Origin: Acidobacteriota bacterium
GTDB taxonomy: Bacteria; Acidobacteriota; Vicinamibacteria; Vicinamibacterales; CAVVIG01
Length of the DNA stretch: 43,458 nucleotides
Assembly (NCBI GenBank): GCA_043759095.1
Contig: JAYVMG010000382.1
Location: 1-43,458 of the forward strand
Direction: 5' to 3'
Each line of letters begins with the position of its first letter. The first letter of the stretch is position 1. Shown here piece by piece: positions 33,028 to 40,785 of this stretch. The position numbers and the translations under genes are program-made. Below the pieces are notes generated by a model, which worked only from the letters and a program-made list of their open reading frames with translations, ran no database searches and was not told the DNA's origin.

Positions 33028-34107
33028 ATGGCTTGGTTTGCACTCGGCCGCCTGTTCTTTGTCGCCGTGGTGGCGTACGCCGCCGCGCTTCTTCAGCCGC
33101 TCTCCATTGGCTTGCCCGCCAACCTCGTGTTCGGGCTGGCTCTCGCCGCGCTCGTCGTCCTCATCGAAAGCCGTTTGCGGGAAACGGCGGTCACGCGCAT
33201 TTTCGGGGCCCTCATCGGCTGTGCCATTGGCCTCGGCATCGCGCATTTGATCACCAGCGGTTTGTTCTGGGCGGATAACGGTGATCGTCGCGTCGAGTTT
33301 CTCCACAGCTTCGTCCTGATCGTACTGCCGTATCTCGGTCTCGTGCTGGGCGGCAAGCAGGGTGAATGGCTGGAGCCGGCGCGGCTGGTCAGCCTGTTTC
33401 GCGCGGCGGGGCCGCAGCGCCGCTACAAGATCCTCGACACCAGCGTCATCATCGACGGCCGCATCTGCGACGTCTGCGAAACCGGTTTCGTCGACGGCAC
33501 GCTGGTCATTCCGCAGTTCGTGCTCAAGGAACTCCAGTTGGTCGCCGATTCCTCCGACTCGATGAAGCGGAACCGCGGCCGACGCGGCCTCGACATCCTG
33601 CAGAAGATCCAGAAGATGTCGGGCATCGAAGTGGTCATCTCGGACACCGATTTTCCCGAGGTCAAGGAAGTCGATCTGAAGCTGATCGAGCTCGCGCGTC
33701 TGCTGCAGGGGAAGATCGTCACCAACGACTTCAACCTCAACAAGGTCGCGCAGCTGCGCGGCGTCGACGTGCTGAACGTCAACGAACTCGCGAACTCGCT
33801 CAAGCCGGTCGTGCTGCCCGGCGAGGTCATGAAGGTCTTCATTCTGAAAGAAGGCAAGGAATACAACCAGGGCGTCGCGTATCTCGATGATGGCACGATG
33901 GTGGTCGTCGACAACGCCCGCAAGATGATCAGCAAGACCATCGACATCGTCGTCACCAGCGTGCTGCAGACGACGGCGGGGAAGATGATCTTCGGCCGGT
34001 ACATCGAATCCAGCACGGGCAGCCATACCGCATCGCCGGCCGCGCCCGCGCCTGAACGCGCGAGGGTTGCCGCACCGGCGACGCCGATCCTACCGCAGCA
34101 AACCTAA
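33028..34107 (+). CDS. PIN and TRAM domain membrane protein (YacL-like)
   Basis: Four N-terminal TM helices, PIN domain (KILDTSVIIDGRI, IPQFVLKELQ), TRAM-like C-terminal part. Sits next to radA as in Firmicutes. Confidence 0.8.
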   Translation: MAWFALGRLFFVAVVAYAAALLQPLSIGLPANLVFGLALAALVVLIESRLRETAVTRIFGALIGCAIGLGIAHLITSGLFWADNGDRRVEFLHSFVLIVLPYLGLVLGGKQGEWLEPARLVSLFRAAGPQRRYKILDTSVIIDGRICDVCETGFVDGTLVIPQFVLKELQLVADSSDSMKRNRGRRGLDILQKIQKMSGIEVVISDTDFPEVKEVDLKLIELARLLQGKIVTNDFNLNKVAQLRGVDVLNVNELANSLKPVVLPGEVMKVFILKEGKEYNQGVAYLDDGTMVVVDNARKMISKTIDIVVTSVLQTTAGKMIFGRYIESSTGSHTASPAAPAPERARVAAPATPILPQQT

Positions 34108-34145
34108 ACAAAAACATCGTGCTGGCGCGTCTTTAGAATGACGCG

Positions 34146-34637
34146 ATGAGACGCCGGCCGGCAGACGCCGCGGTGGCCGAGCGAATCGGCCGCCTCTACG
34201 ACCGGTTCGCCGGCGGGTTGTATCGCTACGCGCTGATGATCCTCGCGGAGCCTGCCGGCGCGGCTGATGCCGTGCAGCAGGTGTTCGTCGCGCTGCTCGG
34301 CGGAGCCGGCAGCGCGATGGACGATGAGGAGCGGTATCTGCGGGGCGCGGTTCGCAATGCGTGTTACAGCACGCTACGGCGGCGGCGGCCGAATGTGTCG
34401 AGCGCGAGCGATACGCCGTTGCTCGAAGCGGTCGCGGCGCGCGATCAACTGGATGAACGGATCGCGATCGAGCAGGCGATGCGCGTGCTGCCGGCGGAAC
34501 AGCGCGAGGTCGTCCACTTGAAGGTGTTTGAAGGCTGGACGTTCCAGGAGATCGCGGACGTCAGCGGCGAGTCGATCAACACCGTGGCGAGCCGCTATCG
34601 ATACGCGATGGACAAGATGCGCGAGCAGTTGAGTTGA
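34146..34637 (+). CDS. ECF-type RNA polymerase sigma factor
   Basis: Region 2 (YRYALMIL...DAVQQVF) and region 4 (EQREVVHLKVFEGWTFQEIADVSGESINTVASRYRYAMDKM). Confidence 0.85.
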   Translation: MRRRPADAAVAERIGRLYDRFAGGLYRYALMILAEPAGAADAVQQVFVALLGGAGSAMDDEERYLRGAVRNACYSTLRRRRPNVSSASDTPLLEAVAARDQLDERIAIEQAMRVLPAEQREVVHLKVFEGWTFQEIADVSGESINTVASRYRYAMDKMREQLS

Positions 34638-34638
34638 T

Positions 34639-34935
34639 GTGATGGACGATCAGGATCTCGAGACCCGTCTGCGCGCGTATCGACCGGTGAGTCCACCGGA
34701 TGCGCTCCGCGCGCGTGTCGTCGATGCAGGACGTGTCGCCGACGCAGGATCCGTAGCGAGAAGGCTTCAGCCGAGCGGCGGATCCTCCCTCGCATGGCTT
34801 CCCGCCGTGGCCGCGCTGCTCCTCGCGACGATCTTCTACTGGCTCGCCGCGAACGATCGCGCGCGGTTGTTCGCGCAGTTTCCGGTCACCGACTCTGAAG
34901 AAACCATCGGCTTGCACCTGGAGAACCAGCCGTGA
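34639..34935 (+). CDS. Putative single-pass anti-sigma factor (by position)
   Basis: 98 aa with one TM helix (LAWLPAVAALLLATIFYWLA). Starts 1 nt after the sigma stop. No zinc-binding motif. Confidence 0.5.
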   Translation: MMDDQDLETRLRAYRPVSPPDALRARVVDAGRVADAGSVARRLQPSGGSSLAWLPAVAALLLATIFYWLAANDRARLFAQFPVTDSEETIGLHLENQP

Positions 34936-36248
34936 CGACACCGCTCGTGCGACCGCGCTTCCTCAAATGGTCCGTGGTCGCATTCGTCTTGCTGCTGCCG
35001 CTCGTGTGTCTCGAGGCCTGGGACTACATGCAGACGCGCCGCCTCGCGGCGTCAATCGCGAAGATGCGCGAGCGCCACGAACCCGTCATCACGCAAGACC
35101 TCCAACCCTTCGTGATCCTGCATGGCGAGTCCGCTGATGCGGCGCGGTACTACCGTGCGGCGGCGACGCTGGTGGGTGTGGAGTGGGATGAAGAGCAGCG
35201 CTCGCGGCTCCGCGCCCGCGTGACCGACGCGATGTGGAGCGACACATGGCCCGACGATCTCGTGGCGGACTTGCGAGCCCGCGTCGGGCGCGAGCAGGAA
35301 GCGCTCGGTCTGATGGATCGGGCCGCGCCGCTCGTGTTCGAAGGCTTTGGGTCCGGCTTCTTCGCGCGATTCGGACTCGGGGACATGATGACGTTGATGC
35401 GCGTCGCGCCGCTGCGGACGCGTCTGCAGGCCCTCGACGGTCGGGGCAACGCGGCATCTAACTCCTTGTTCGCCGAACTTCGTCTTCAGCGGGTACTGGA
35501 CTTCAGCCAGGGCGGCATCAACGGACTCAGCGTGTCGGGCGTTGCGGACACACTCAGGCTGATCGTGAACCGGTCGCATCCAGCTGCGGGGGCGCTGTCC
35601 AAGATCGCCTCGGGTCTGCGCGAGATGGATCGCGACGACCGCATCAAGACGCACTTACTGCGATCGCGCGCCTCGATCATGGATACGGGCAATTACCAGG
35701 GCATCGAACTCCTGAATGCGGGCCGGGTTCAATCGATGGCCGGATCGGCGGCCCTGATGCGGCCATGGATGATGGCGAGGCTGAACGAACGCGTCGACAC
35801 ACTCAGCGCGCTGATCGACAACGCCGCCCGACCGTGGCCCGAACGTATGAACCCGCCGCGATCTGCGTACGTCTCGGACTCGCCGACATGGGGGAGTTCC
35901 CGCCTGATCGATGCCAACGTGATGGCCGGCGTGGCAACCGACCTCGCGCTGATCCGATGCGCGCGCGTCGTCGTGGCCGTCGAGCAGTACCGCCTGGCCC
36001 ACCGCGATGCGCTGCCGTCACGAGTCGACGATGTGGCGCCGTCGTATCTGGCTGCGGTGCCGATCGATCCGTTCTCGGGTAAACCGCTGCGCTTCGTGGT
36101 GGAGGAGCGGGGATACGTGGTCTACAGCTTCGGCCGGAATCTGCGAGACGATGGCGGGCAACTGCCGTCGAGGTCGGCGTTCACGAGGCCGACACCCGGC
36201 GCGCCGACGCCAGCCAACGACCTCGGTATTCGGATTGCGCACCGGTAG
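34932..36248 (+). CDS. Membrane-anchored hypothetical protein (438 aa), third gene of the ECF module
   Basis: GTG overlaps the upstream stop (GTGA). N-terminal TM helix. The C-terminal stretch IDPFSGKPLRFVVEERGYVVYSFGRNLRDDGG recalls pseudopilin-like tails. Function unknown. Confidence 0.6.
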   Translation: MTTPLVRPRFLKWSVVAFVLLLPLVCLEAWDYMQTRRLAASIAKMRERHEPVITQDLQPFVILHGESADAARYYRAAATLVGVEWDEEQRSRLRARVTDAMWSDTWPDDLVADLRARVGREQEALGLMDRAAPLVFEGFGSGFFARFGLGDMMTLMRVAPLRTRLQALDGRGNAASNSLFAELRLQRVLDFSQGGINGLSVSGVADTLRLIVNRSHPAAGALSKIASGLREMDRDDRIKTHLLRSRASIMDTGNYQGIELLNAGRVQSMAGSAALMRPWMMARLNERVDTLSALIDNAARPWPERMNPPRSAYVSDSPTWGSSRLIDANVMAGVATDLALIRCARVVVAVEQYRLAHRDALPSRVDDVAPSYLAAVPIDPFSGKPLRFVVEERGYVVYSFGRNLRDDGGQLPSRSAFTRPTPGAPTPANDLGIRIAHR

Positions 36249-36369
36249 CGCTGAGCCTCGCGGCCGAAGCGGCATCCATTTCACTCATGAGTGAAGCGGA
36301 CTGCAATCCACTTCATGGATGTCCGGCGATATTCGAACCCGCGGTCCGCGAAGGCCGTCAATGACAGGC

Positions 36370-36567
36370 TCAGCGGTCGGGGTGTCGCGCGTCTTCGATG
36401 GACCGGAACTTCACGACGCCGCGCGGATAGACCCTGGGCGCGATCTTCCAGTAGCGTGCGCAATGTCGCAAGAAGCGATCGAAGTCTGCCTGCGCGGACG
36501 AGCGCAGGGGCGCCGCGTTCATCTCCTCGATGGATCGAAATTTCTGCACGGGCACGTCAGTCCTCAT
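36370..36567 (-). CDS. Small hypothetical protein (65 aa) overlapping the upstream nucleotidyltransferase gene by 11 nt
   Basis: GC3-biased ORF with an internally repeated motif: VQKFRSIEEM near the N-terminus and VVKFRSIEDA near the C-terminus. Confidence 0.45.
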   Translation of the reverse strand: MRTDVPVQKFRSIEEMNAAPLRSSAQADFDRFLRHCARYWKIAPRVYPRGVVKFRSIEDARHPDR

Positions 36568-37033
36568 CCTTCAAGTTGAAGCGCTCGCGCAGCGCGGCCG
36601 CGTCCTGATGATCCTTGGCCCGTACAGTGCCCTTCTTGAGCCGATAGAGGGCCGCCGGTGTCGCCACCTGCACGCGGGTGCCATCGATGTCCTTGGTCTC
36701 GGCGTCAACCGTTTCGAAACTGGCGGCCTCGCCGAGGCGCGTGAGGATGTCGAAGTACAAGTCGCCGCTTGGAGGGTAGTACCGGACGGCGGGGTACTCG
36801 CCCAGCAAGTCGGCTGCGGAAATGTCATCGATGTGCGGGTCGTCCGCATATGACGCCCGCAGGGCCGCACGCAATCGCTCGACGTTCTCGGTGGTGGCCC
36901 GGATGAACAGGTCGAGGTCCTCGGTCGCGCGCACCACGCCGTGGAAACCCATGGCGGTTGCGCCGATGAGGACGTACTCCAGGCCGGACTCCTCAAAGGC
37001 GCGAAGCACGCGAAGGATCTCGTCCCGGTCCAC
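36557..37033 (-). CDS. Small nucleotidyltransferase-fold protein (158 aa)
   Basis: LIGATAMGFHGVVRATEDLDLFI matches the minimal NTase pattern G-[SA]-x-A-x(3)-HG...T-x-D-L-D. Confidence 0.6.
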   Translation of the reverse strand: MDRDEILRVLRAFEESGLEYVLIGATAMGFHGVVRATEDLDLFIRATTENVERLRAALRASYADDPHIDDISAADLLGEYPAVRYYPPSGDLYFDILTRLGEAASFETVDAETKDIDGTRVQVATPAALYRLKKGTVRAKDHQDAAALRERFNLKDED

Positions 37034-37443
37034 TCGATAAGCATAGCGTCTCGCGGACCGGGCGTCACGACTGACGAGGGCCGCATGGCCCTTGGTGGCC
37101 GTATACTCACCGTTCGCTGTCCCTGCCCCCCGGCGCCCGCCTCGGCCCGTACGAAATCGCGTCCGCCCTCGGCGCTGGCGGCATGGGCGAGGTCTATCGC
37201 GCGCGCGACACGAAGCTGGACCGAGACGTCGCTATCAAGGTGCTGCCCGAGTCGTTTGCGCTCGATGCCGATCGCGTGGCGCGATTCACCCGCGAAGCGA
37301 AGACGCTCGCGTCGCTCAATCACCCGAACATCGCGGCGATCTACGGGCTCGAAGAGAGCCCTTCGACAAGCTCAGGGCAGGCGGGCGTGATGGCGCTCGT
37401 GATGGAGCTCGTCGAAGGCGAGGACCTCTCGCAGAAACTCGAA

Positions 37444-37470
37444 GGGCTGAGGGCTGAGGGCTCAGGGCTG
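37444..37470. repeat. GGGCTGA-heptad array inside the kinase remnant
   Basis: GGGCTGAGGGCTGAGGGCTCAGGGCTG, translated as GLRAEGSGL. Confidence 0.7.
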
Positions 37471-37632
37471 CCGCTCGAGGAAGCGTTACCGATCGCGCGC
37501 CAGATCGCGGACGCGCTCGAAGCGGCGCACGAGGCCGGGATTGTCCATCGCGATCTGAAGCCCGCAAACATCAAGGTCCGCGCTGACGGCACGGTGAAGG
37601 TGCTCGACTTCGGCCTCGCGAAGATGCTCGAC

Positions 37633-37677
37633 GGGTCGGGTAAGTCTGGTGGGGCGGGTAGGGCAGGTGGGTTGGAG
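37633..37677. repeat. GGT-rich repeat-like segment inside the kinase activation-segment region
   Basis: GGGTCGGGTAAGTCTGGTGGGGCGGGTAGGGCAGGTGGGTTGGAG, translated as GSGKSGGAGRAGGLE between DFG and APE. Confidence 0.55.
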
Positions 37678-38715
37678 AACTCGCCGACGCTGAGCGTGCA
37701 CGCCACGATGCAAGGCGTGATTCTCGGCACGGCCGCGTACATGAGCCCCGAGCAAGCGCGCGGAAAGGCTGTCGATCGGCGCGCCGACATCTGGGCGTTC
37801 GGCGTCGTGCTCTACGAGATGCTCACGGGCAAGCGCGCGTTCGAAGGCGAGGAGATCTCGGACGTCCTCGCGGCGCTGCTCCGGCAAGAGATCGACACGA
37901 CCGCGCTGCCCGCGGAGACACCGGACGCGATCCGCCGGTTGCTCGCTCGGTGCCTCACGCGCGATCCGAAACAGCGGCTCGCCGACGCGTCGACGATCAG
38001 GCTCGACATCGATCAGGCCCTGAAGGAACCTGCGCCCGCATCAACTCGAAATTCAGCGCTGAAGATGCCGTCCGATTCCACCGGTCGATGGCTGGAGCCG
38101 AATCGGCTGCTGTTCGTCGAGCAAGGCAAGCTGGTCGCGCGCCCCCTCGATCTGGGCCGAGGCGAGTTCTCCGGGGGCCACGGCGCATTCTCCATCTCGA
38201 CGCACGGACTGGTGGCCTATCGACCCCAGCTGGCCGACCAGGAGTCACACCTCGTCTGGCTCGATCGAACTGGCGCGCCGGCAGGCCCCGCCGATCGATC
38301 TCGCCGGTCCCGTCTCCGCGCTCGAGATCTCGCCCGACGGAACGCGGCTGGCGGTCGATCTGACGATCAACGGCAATTGTGACATCTGGCTCAGCGACCT
38401 CGAGCGCGGCGGCCTGACCCGTTTCACGTTTGACGCGGCCCAGGACGGCTTTCCGGTGTGGTCTCCTGACGGTGAAGTTGTTCCCGATACGCACGCCCCC
38501 CAACCCAATCGGCCGACCACAGTATGCGGTCGATCGCCGCGGCCGATTCCTGGTCACTAGCTCCCGGGAAACGGCCGTGACCACGCCGATCACGCTGCTG
38601 CTCAACTGGAACCCCGCGGCGAAGAAGTAGCCACCGCGAGATAGGGCGGCATAAGTCGTGTGGTGTTTAGCAATCGGCCCGAAGGCGCCTACTCGACGGG
38701 TACAATGAGCGGACA

Positions 38716-39468
38716 GTGCGCATCCCCCGGTATCACTGGTGGCGGACGGTCTTCTTTCTTATCCCGGCGATCACCGTCTACACGATCATCACCGGCGTAC
38801 CGTCGCTGGTGTCGAGCCTGTTCGATCACCGCGGCTACTTTGCGCACAGCTGCGCGCGGACGTGGTCGTGGCTGATCCTGAAAACGACCGGCGTCCGCGT
38901 CACGATTGAAGGGCTCGAGCGGATCACGCCGGGCACGACCTACGTCTTCGTCTCCAACCATCAGAGCATCTACGACACGCCAGTGATCTTCGCGTCGCTG
39001 CCGTACCAGCTGCGGATCATTGCGAAGGCGTCGCTCGCTCGGTTTCCGGTGCTTGGCTGGCACCTGCGGCGCGGCGGTCATCTGTTCGTGGATCGCAAGC
39101 ATCCCGACCCGACCGGCATTCTGCGCCGCTGGCGTGCGCTCGTGTCCGAAGGACTCTCGCTGCTGATCTACGCGGAGGGCACCCGCAGTCCCGACGGGCA
39201 TGTCGCGCGATTCAAAGCCGGGAGCTTTCTGCTCGCGATCCAGGCGGGGCTGCCGATCGTGCCGATCGCGGTGATCGGCACCCGGGAGTCGATGCCGAAA
39301 GGACGCCTCGAGACCCGGCCTGCCGACGTGACTCTGATCATCCACGACCCCATCCAGCCACAGGCGATCGACGCGCCGACACCGCGTGATGCCAAGGCGC
39401 TCGCCGAACGCGTCCACGCAATCGTCAGCGCAGCCGTCGAACGGCGTCAATTCCGCACGGTCGGATAA
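38716..39468 (+). CDS. plsC: 1-acyl-sn-glycerol-3-phosphate acyltransferase
   Basis: NHQSIYD (HX4D), YAEGTRSPDG, IVPIAVIG. GTG start. Confidence 0.85.
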   Translation: MRIPRYHWWRTVFFLIPAITVYTIITGVPSLVSSLFDHRGYFAHSCARTWSWLILKTTGVRVTIEGLERITPGTTYVFVSNHQSIYDTPVIFASLPYQLRIIAKASLARFPVLGWHLRRGGHLFVDRKHPDPTGILRRWRALVSEGLSLLIYAEGTRSPDGHVARFKAGSFLLAIQAGLPIVPIAVIGTRESMPKGRLETRPADVTLIIHDPIQPQAIDAPTPRDAKALAERVHAIVSAAVERRQFRTVG

Positions 39469-39505
39469 CATAGGACAGATAGCTTTCAGCTGACGGCCGG
39501 GAGCC

Positions 39506-39538
39506 GAAAGTTGAGACCTGAGAGTTGAGACCTGAGAG
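39506..39538. repeat. GTCTCAACTCTCAG-family array, copy 2 (reverse orientation), abutting the ispDF ATG
   Basis: GAAAGTTGAGACCTGAGAGTTGAGACCTGAGAG. Confidence 0.8.
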
Positions 39539-40777
39539 ATGCACGTCACAGCGATCATCGCCGCCGGCGGGATCGGCCAGCGGTTCGGCGGCGCACAGCC
39601 CAAGCAGCTACTGTCGGTCGGCGGACGGCCGATCCTCGAGCGCAGCGTGATGGCGTTTGCCTCGCATCCCGCGGTGAACGCGATCGTCGTCGCGCTGCCG
39701 CAGGCGCTGGCCGACGATCCGCCTGAGTACCTCCGCTCGGCTGGAGCCTTCGCGCTACGGGGGACCGGCAAGCCGTTCCGGATTGTGGCGGGCGGCGACC
39801 GGCGTCAGGATTCAGTGGCGAACGCGTTCGCCGTCGCGGCGGCGACGAGCGACATCATCGTGATCCACGACGCGGCGCGGCCGTTCGCGAGCGCCGATCT
39901 GATCGCGCGCACGATCGCCGCGGCAGCGGAGTCTGGCGCCGCGGTGGCGGCGATGCAATCGCGCGACACGGTGAAGCGGGCGACGACTGATCATCTGGTG
40001 GGCGAGACGCTGCCGCGCGAGATGATCTATCTGGCGCAGACGCCGCAGGCGTTCAGGCGCGATGTGCTGAAGCGCGCCCTCGAACTCGGCGCGCGCGATC
40101 CGTTCCACGCGACCGATGAAGCCGCGCTGGTCGAGCGCGCGGGACTTCCGGTACGGCTCGTGGACGGCGACGCGTCGAACATCAAGATCACGACGCCGGA
40201 GGACCTGACGATGGCGGAGGCGATCGCGGCCGCGCAATCCGCAATCCACAATCCACAATCCGCAATGTCAGGGCCCGCCCGCACCGGCCGCGCCGGGACG
40301 GGTTACGACCTTCATCGTCTCGTCGAAGGGCGTCCCCTCGTGCTGGGCGGTGTCACGATTCCGTCCCGGCTGGGCGCGCTCGGTCATTCCGATGCGGACG
40401 TCGTCTGTCACGCGCTGACCGATGCGATCCTCGGCGCCGCGAGCCTCGGCGATATCGGCCGGCATTTTCCGGATTCAGATCCGGCGTGGAAGGATGCGAA
40501 CAGCCTGGAGCTGCTGCGGCGCGTCGTGCAGCTCGTGGCCGAGCGGGGATTCATGGTCGGCAACGTCGACGTGACCGTGATTCTCGAGACGCCGAAGATC
40601 AAGGATCATGTCGACGCGATGCGCGCGTCGGTCGCCGCAGCGATCGGCATCGATGTGGAGCGCGTCAGCATCAAAGGGAAGACCAACGAAGGCGTTGACG
40701 CCGTCGGCCGCGGCGAAGCGATCGCCGCGCACGCGATCGCGCTCCTGCGTTCGCAAGCCCTGAGCCCTCAGCCCTGA
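39539..40777 (+). CDS. ispDF: Bifunctional 2-C-methyl-D-erythritol 4-phosphate cytidylyltransferase / MECDP synthase
   Basis: IspD part (AIIAAGGIGQRFG, VIHDAARPF). IspF part (GTGYDLHRL, GHSDADVVCHALTDAILGA). Confidence 0.93.
   Translation: MHVTAIIAAGGIGQRFGGAQPKQLLSVGGRPILERSVMAFASHPAVNAIVVALPQALADDPPEYLRSAGAFALRGTGKPFRIVAGGDRRQDSVANAFAVAAATSDIIVIHDAARPFASADLIARTIAAAAESGAAVAAMQSRDTVKRATTDHLVGETLPREMIYLAQTPQAFRRDVLKRALELGARDPFHATDEAALVERAGLPVRLVDGDASNIKITTPEDLTMAEAIAAAQSAIHNPQSAMSGPARTGRAGTGYDLHRLVEGRPLVLGGVTIPSRLGALGHSDADVVCHALTDAILGAASLGDIGRHFPDSDPAWKDANSLELLRRVVQLVAERGFMVGNVDVTVILETPKIKDHVDAMRASVAAAIGIDVERVSIKGKTNEGVDAVGRGEAIAAHAIALLRSQALSPQP
40235..40269. repeat. Five CAATCCR heptads in the IspD-IspF linker
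   Basis: CAATCCG CAATCCA CAATCCA CAATCCG CAATGTC, translated as QSAIHNPQSAMS. Confidence 0.8.
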
Positions 40778-40781
40778 GCCC
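40757..40781. repeat. GGGCTGA-heptad array (reverse orientation) spanning the ispDF stop codon
   Basis: GCCCTGAGCCCTCAGCCCTGAGCCC. Encodes the last residues ALSPQP and the TGA of ispDF, 4 nt before the gltX ATG. Confidence 0.7.
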
Positions 40782-40785
40782 TGTC

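Larger units (their letters stand above)
37117..38630 (+). pseudogene. Decayed Ser/Thr protein kinase fused to a TolB-like beta-propeller (no canonical start, at least one frameshift, large internal deletions)
   Basis: The kinase domain is readable (LGAGGMGEVYRARD, HRDLKPANIKV, DFGLAK, AAYMSPEQ). The conserved N-terminus SLSLPPGARLGPYEI has no ATG/GTG/TTG between the stop at 37072 and M 37183. Propeller pieces lie in three frames: LVWLDRTGAP / ISPDGTRLAV...FPVWSPDG / RFLVTSS...PITLLLNWNPAAKK. Confidence 0.6.

Noticed and set aside
38430-38630. 66-aa ORF as an independent small gene.
   Set aside because: Its C-terminal half (RFLVTSS...PITLLLNWNPAAKK) matches the usual C-terminus of kinase-TolB-propeller proteins, so it is treated as the last fragment of the pseudogene.
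34146-39468. Mobile element, prophage or genomic island with an integrase.
   Set aside because: No transposase, integrase, recombinase or phage-like ORF was found in any frame. There are no terminal direct repeats or tRNA-adjacent att site. It is reported only as an accessory insertion in conserved synteny.
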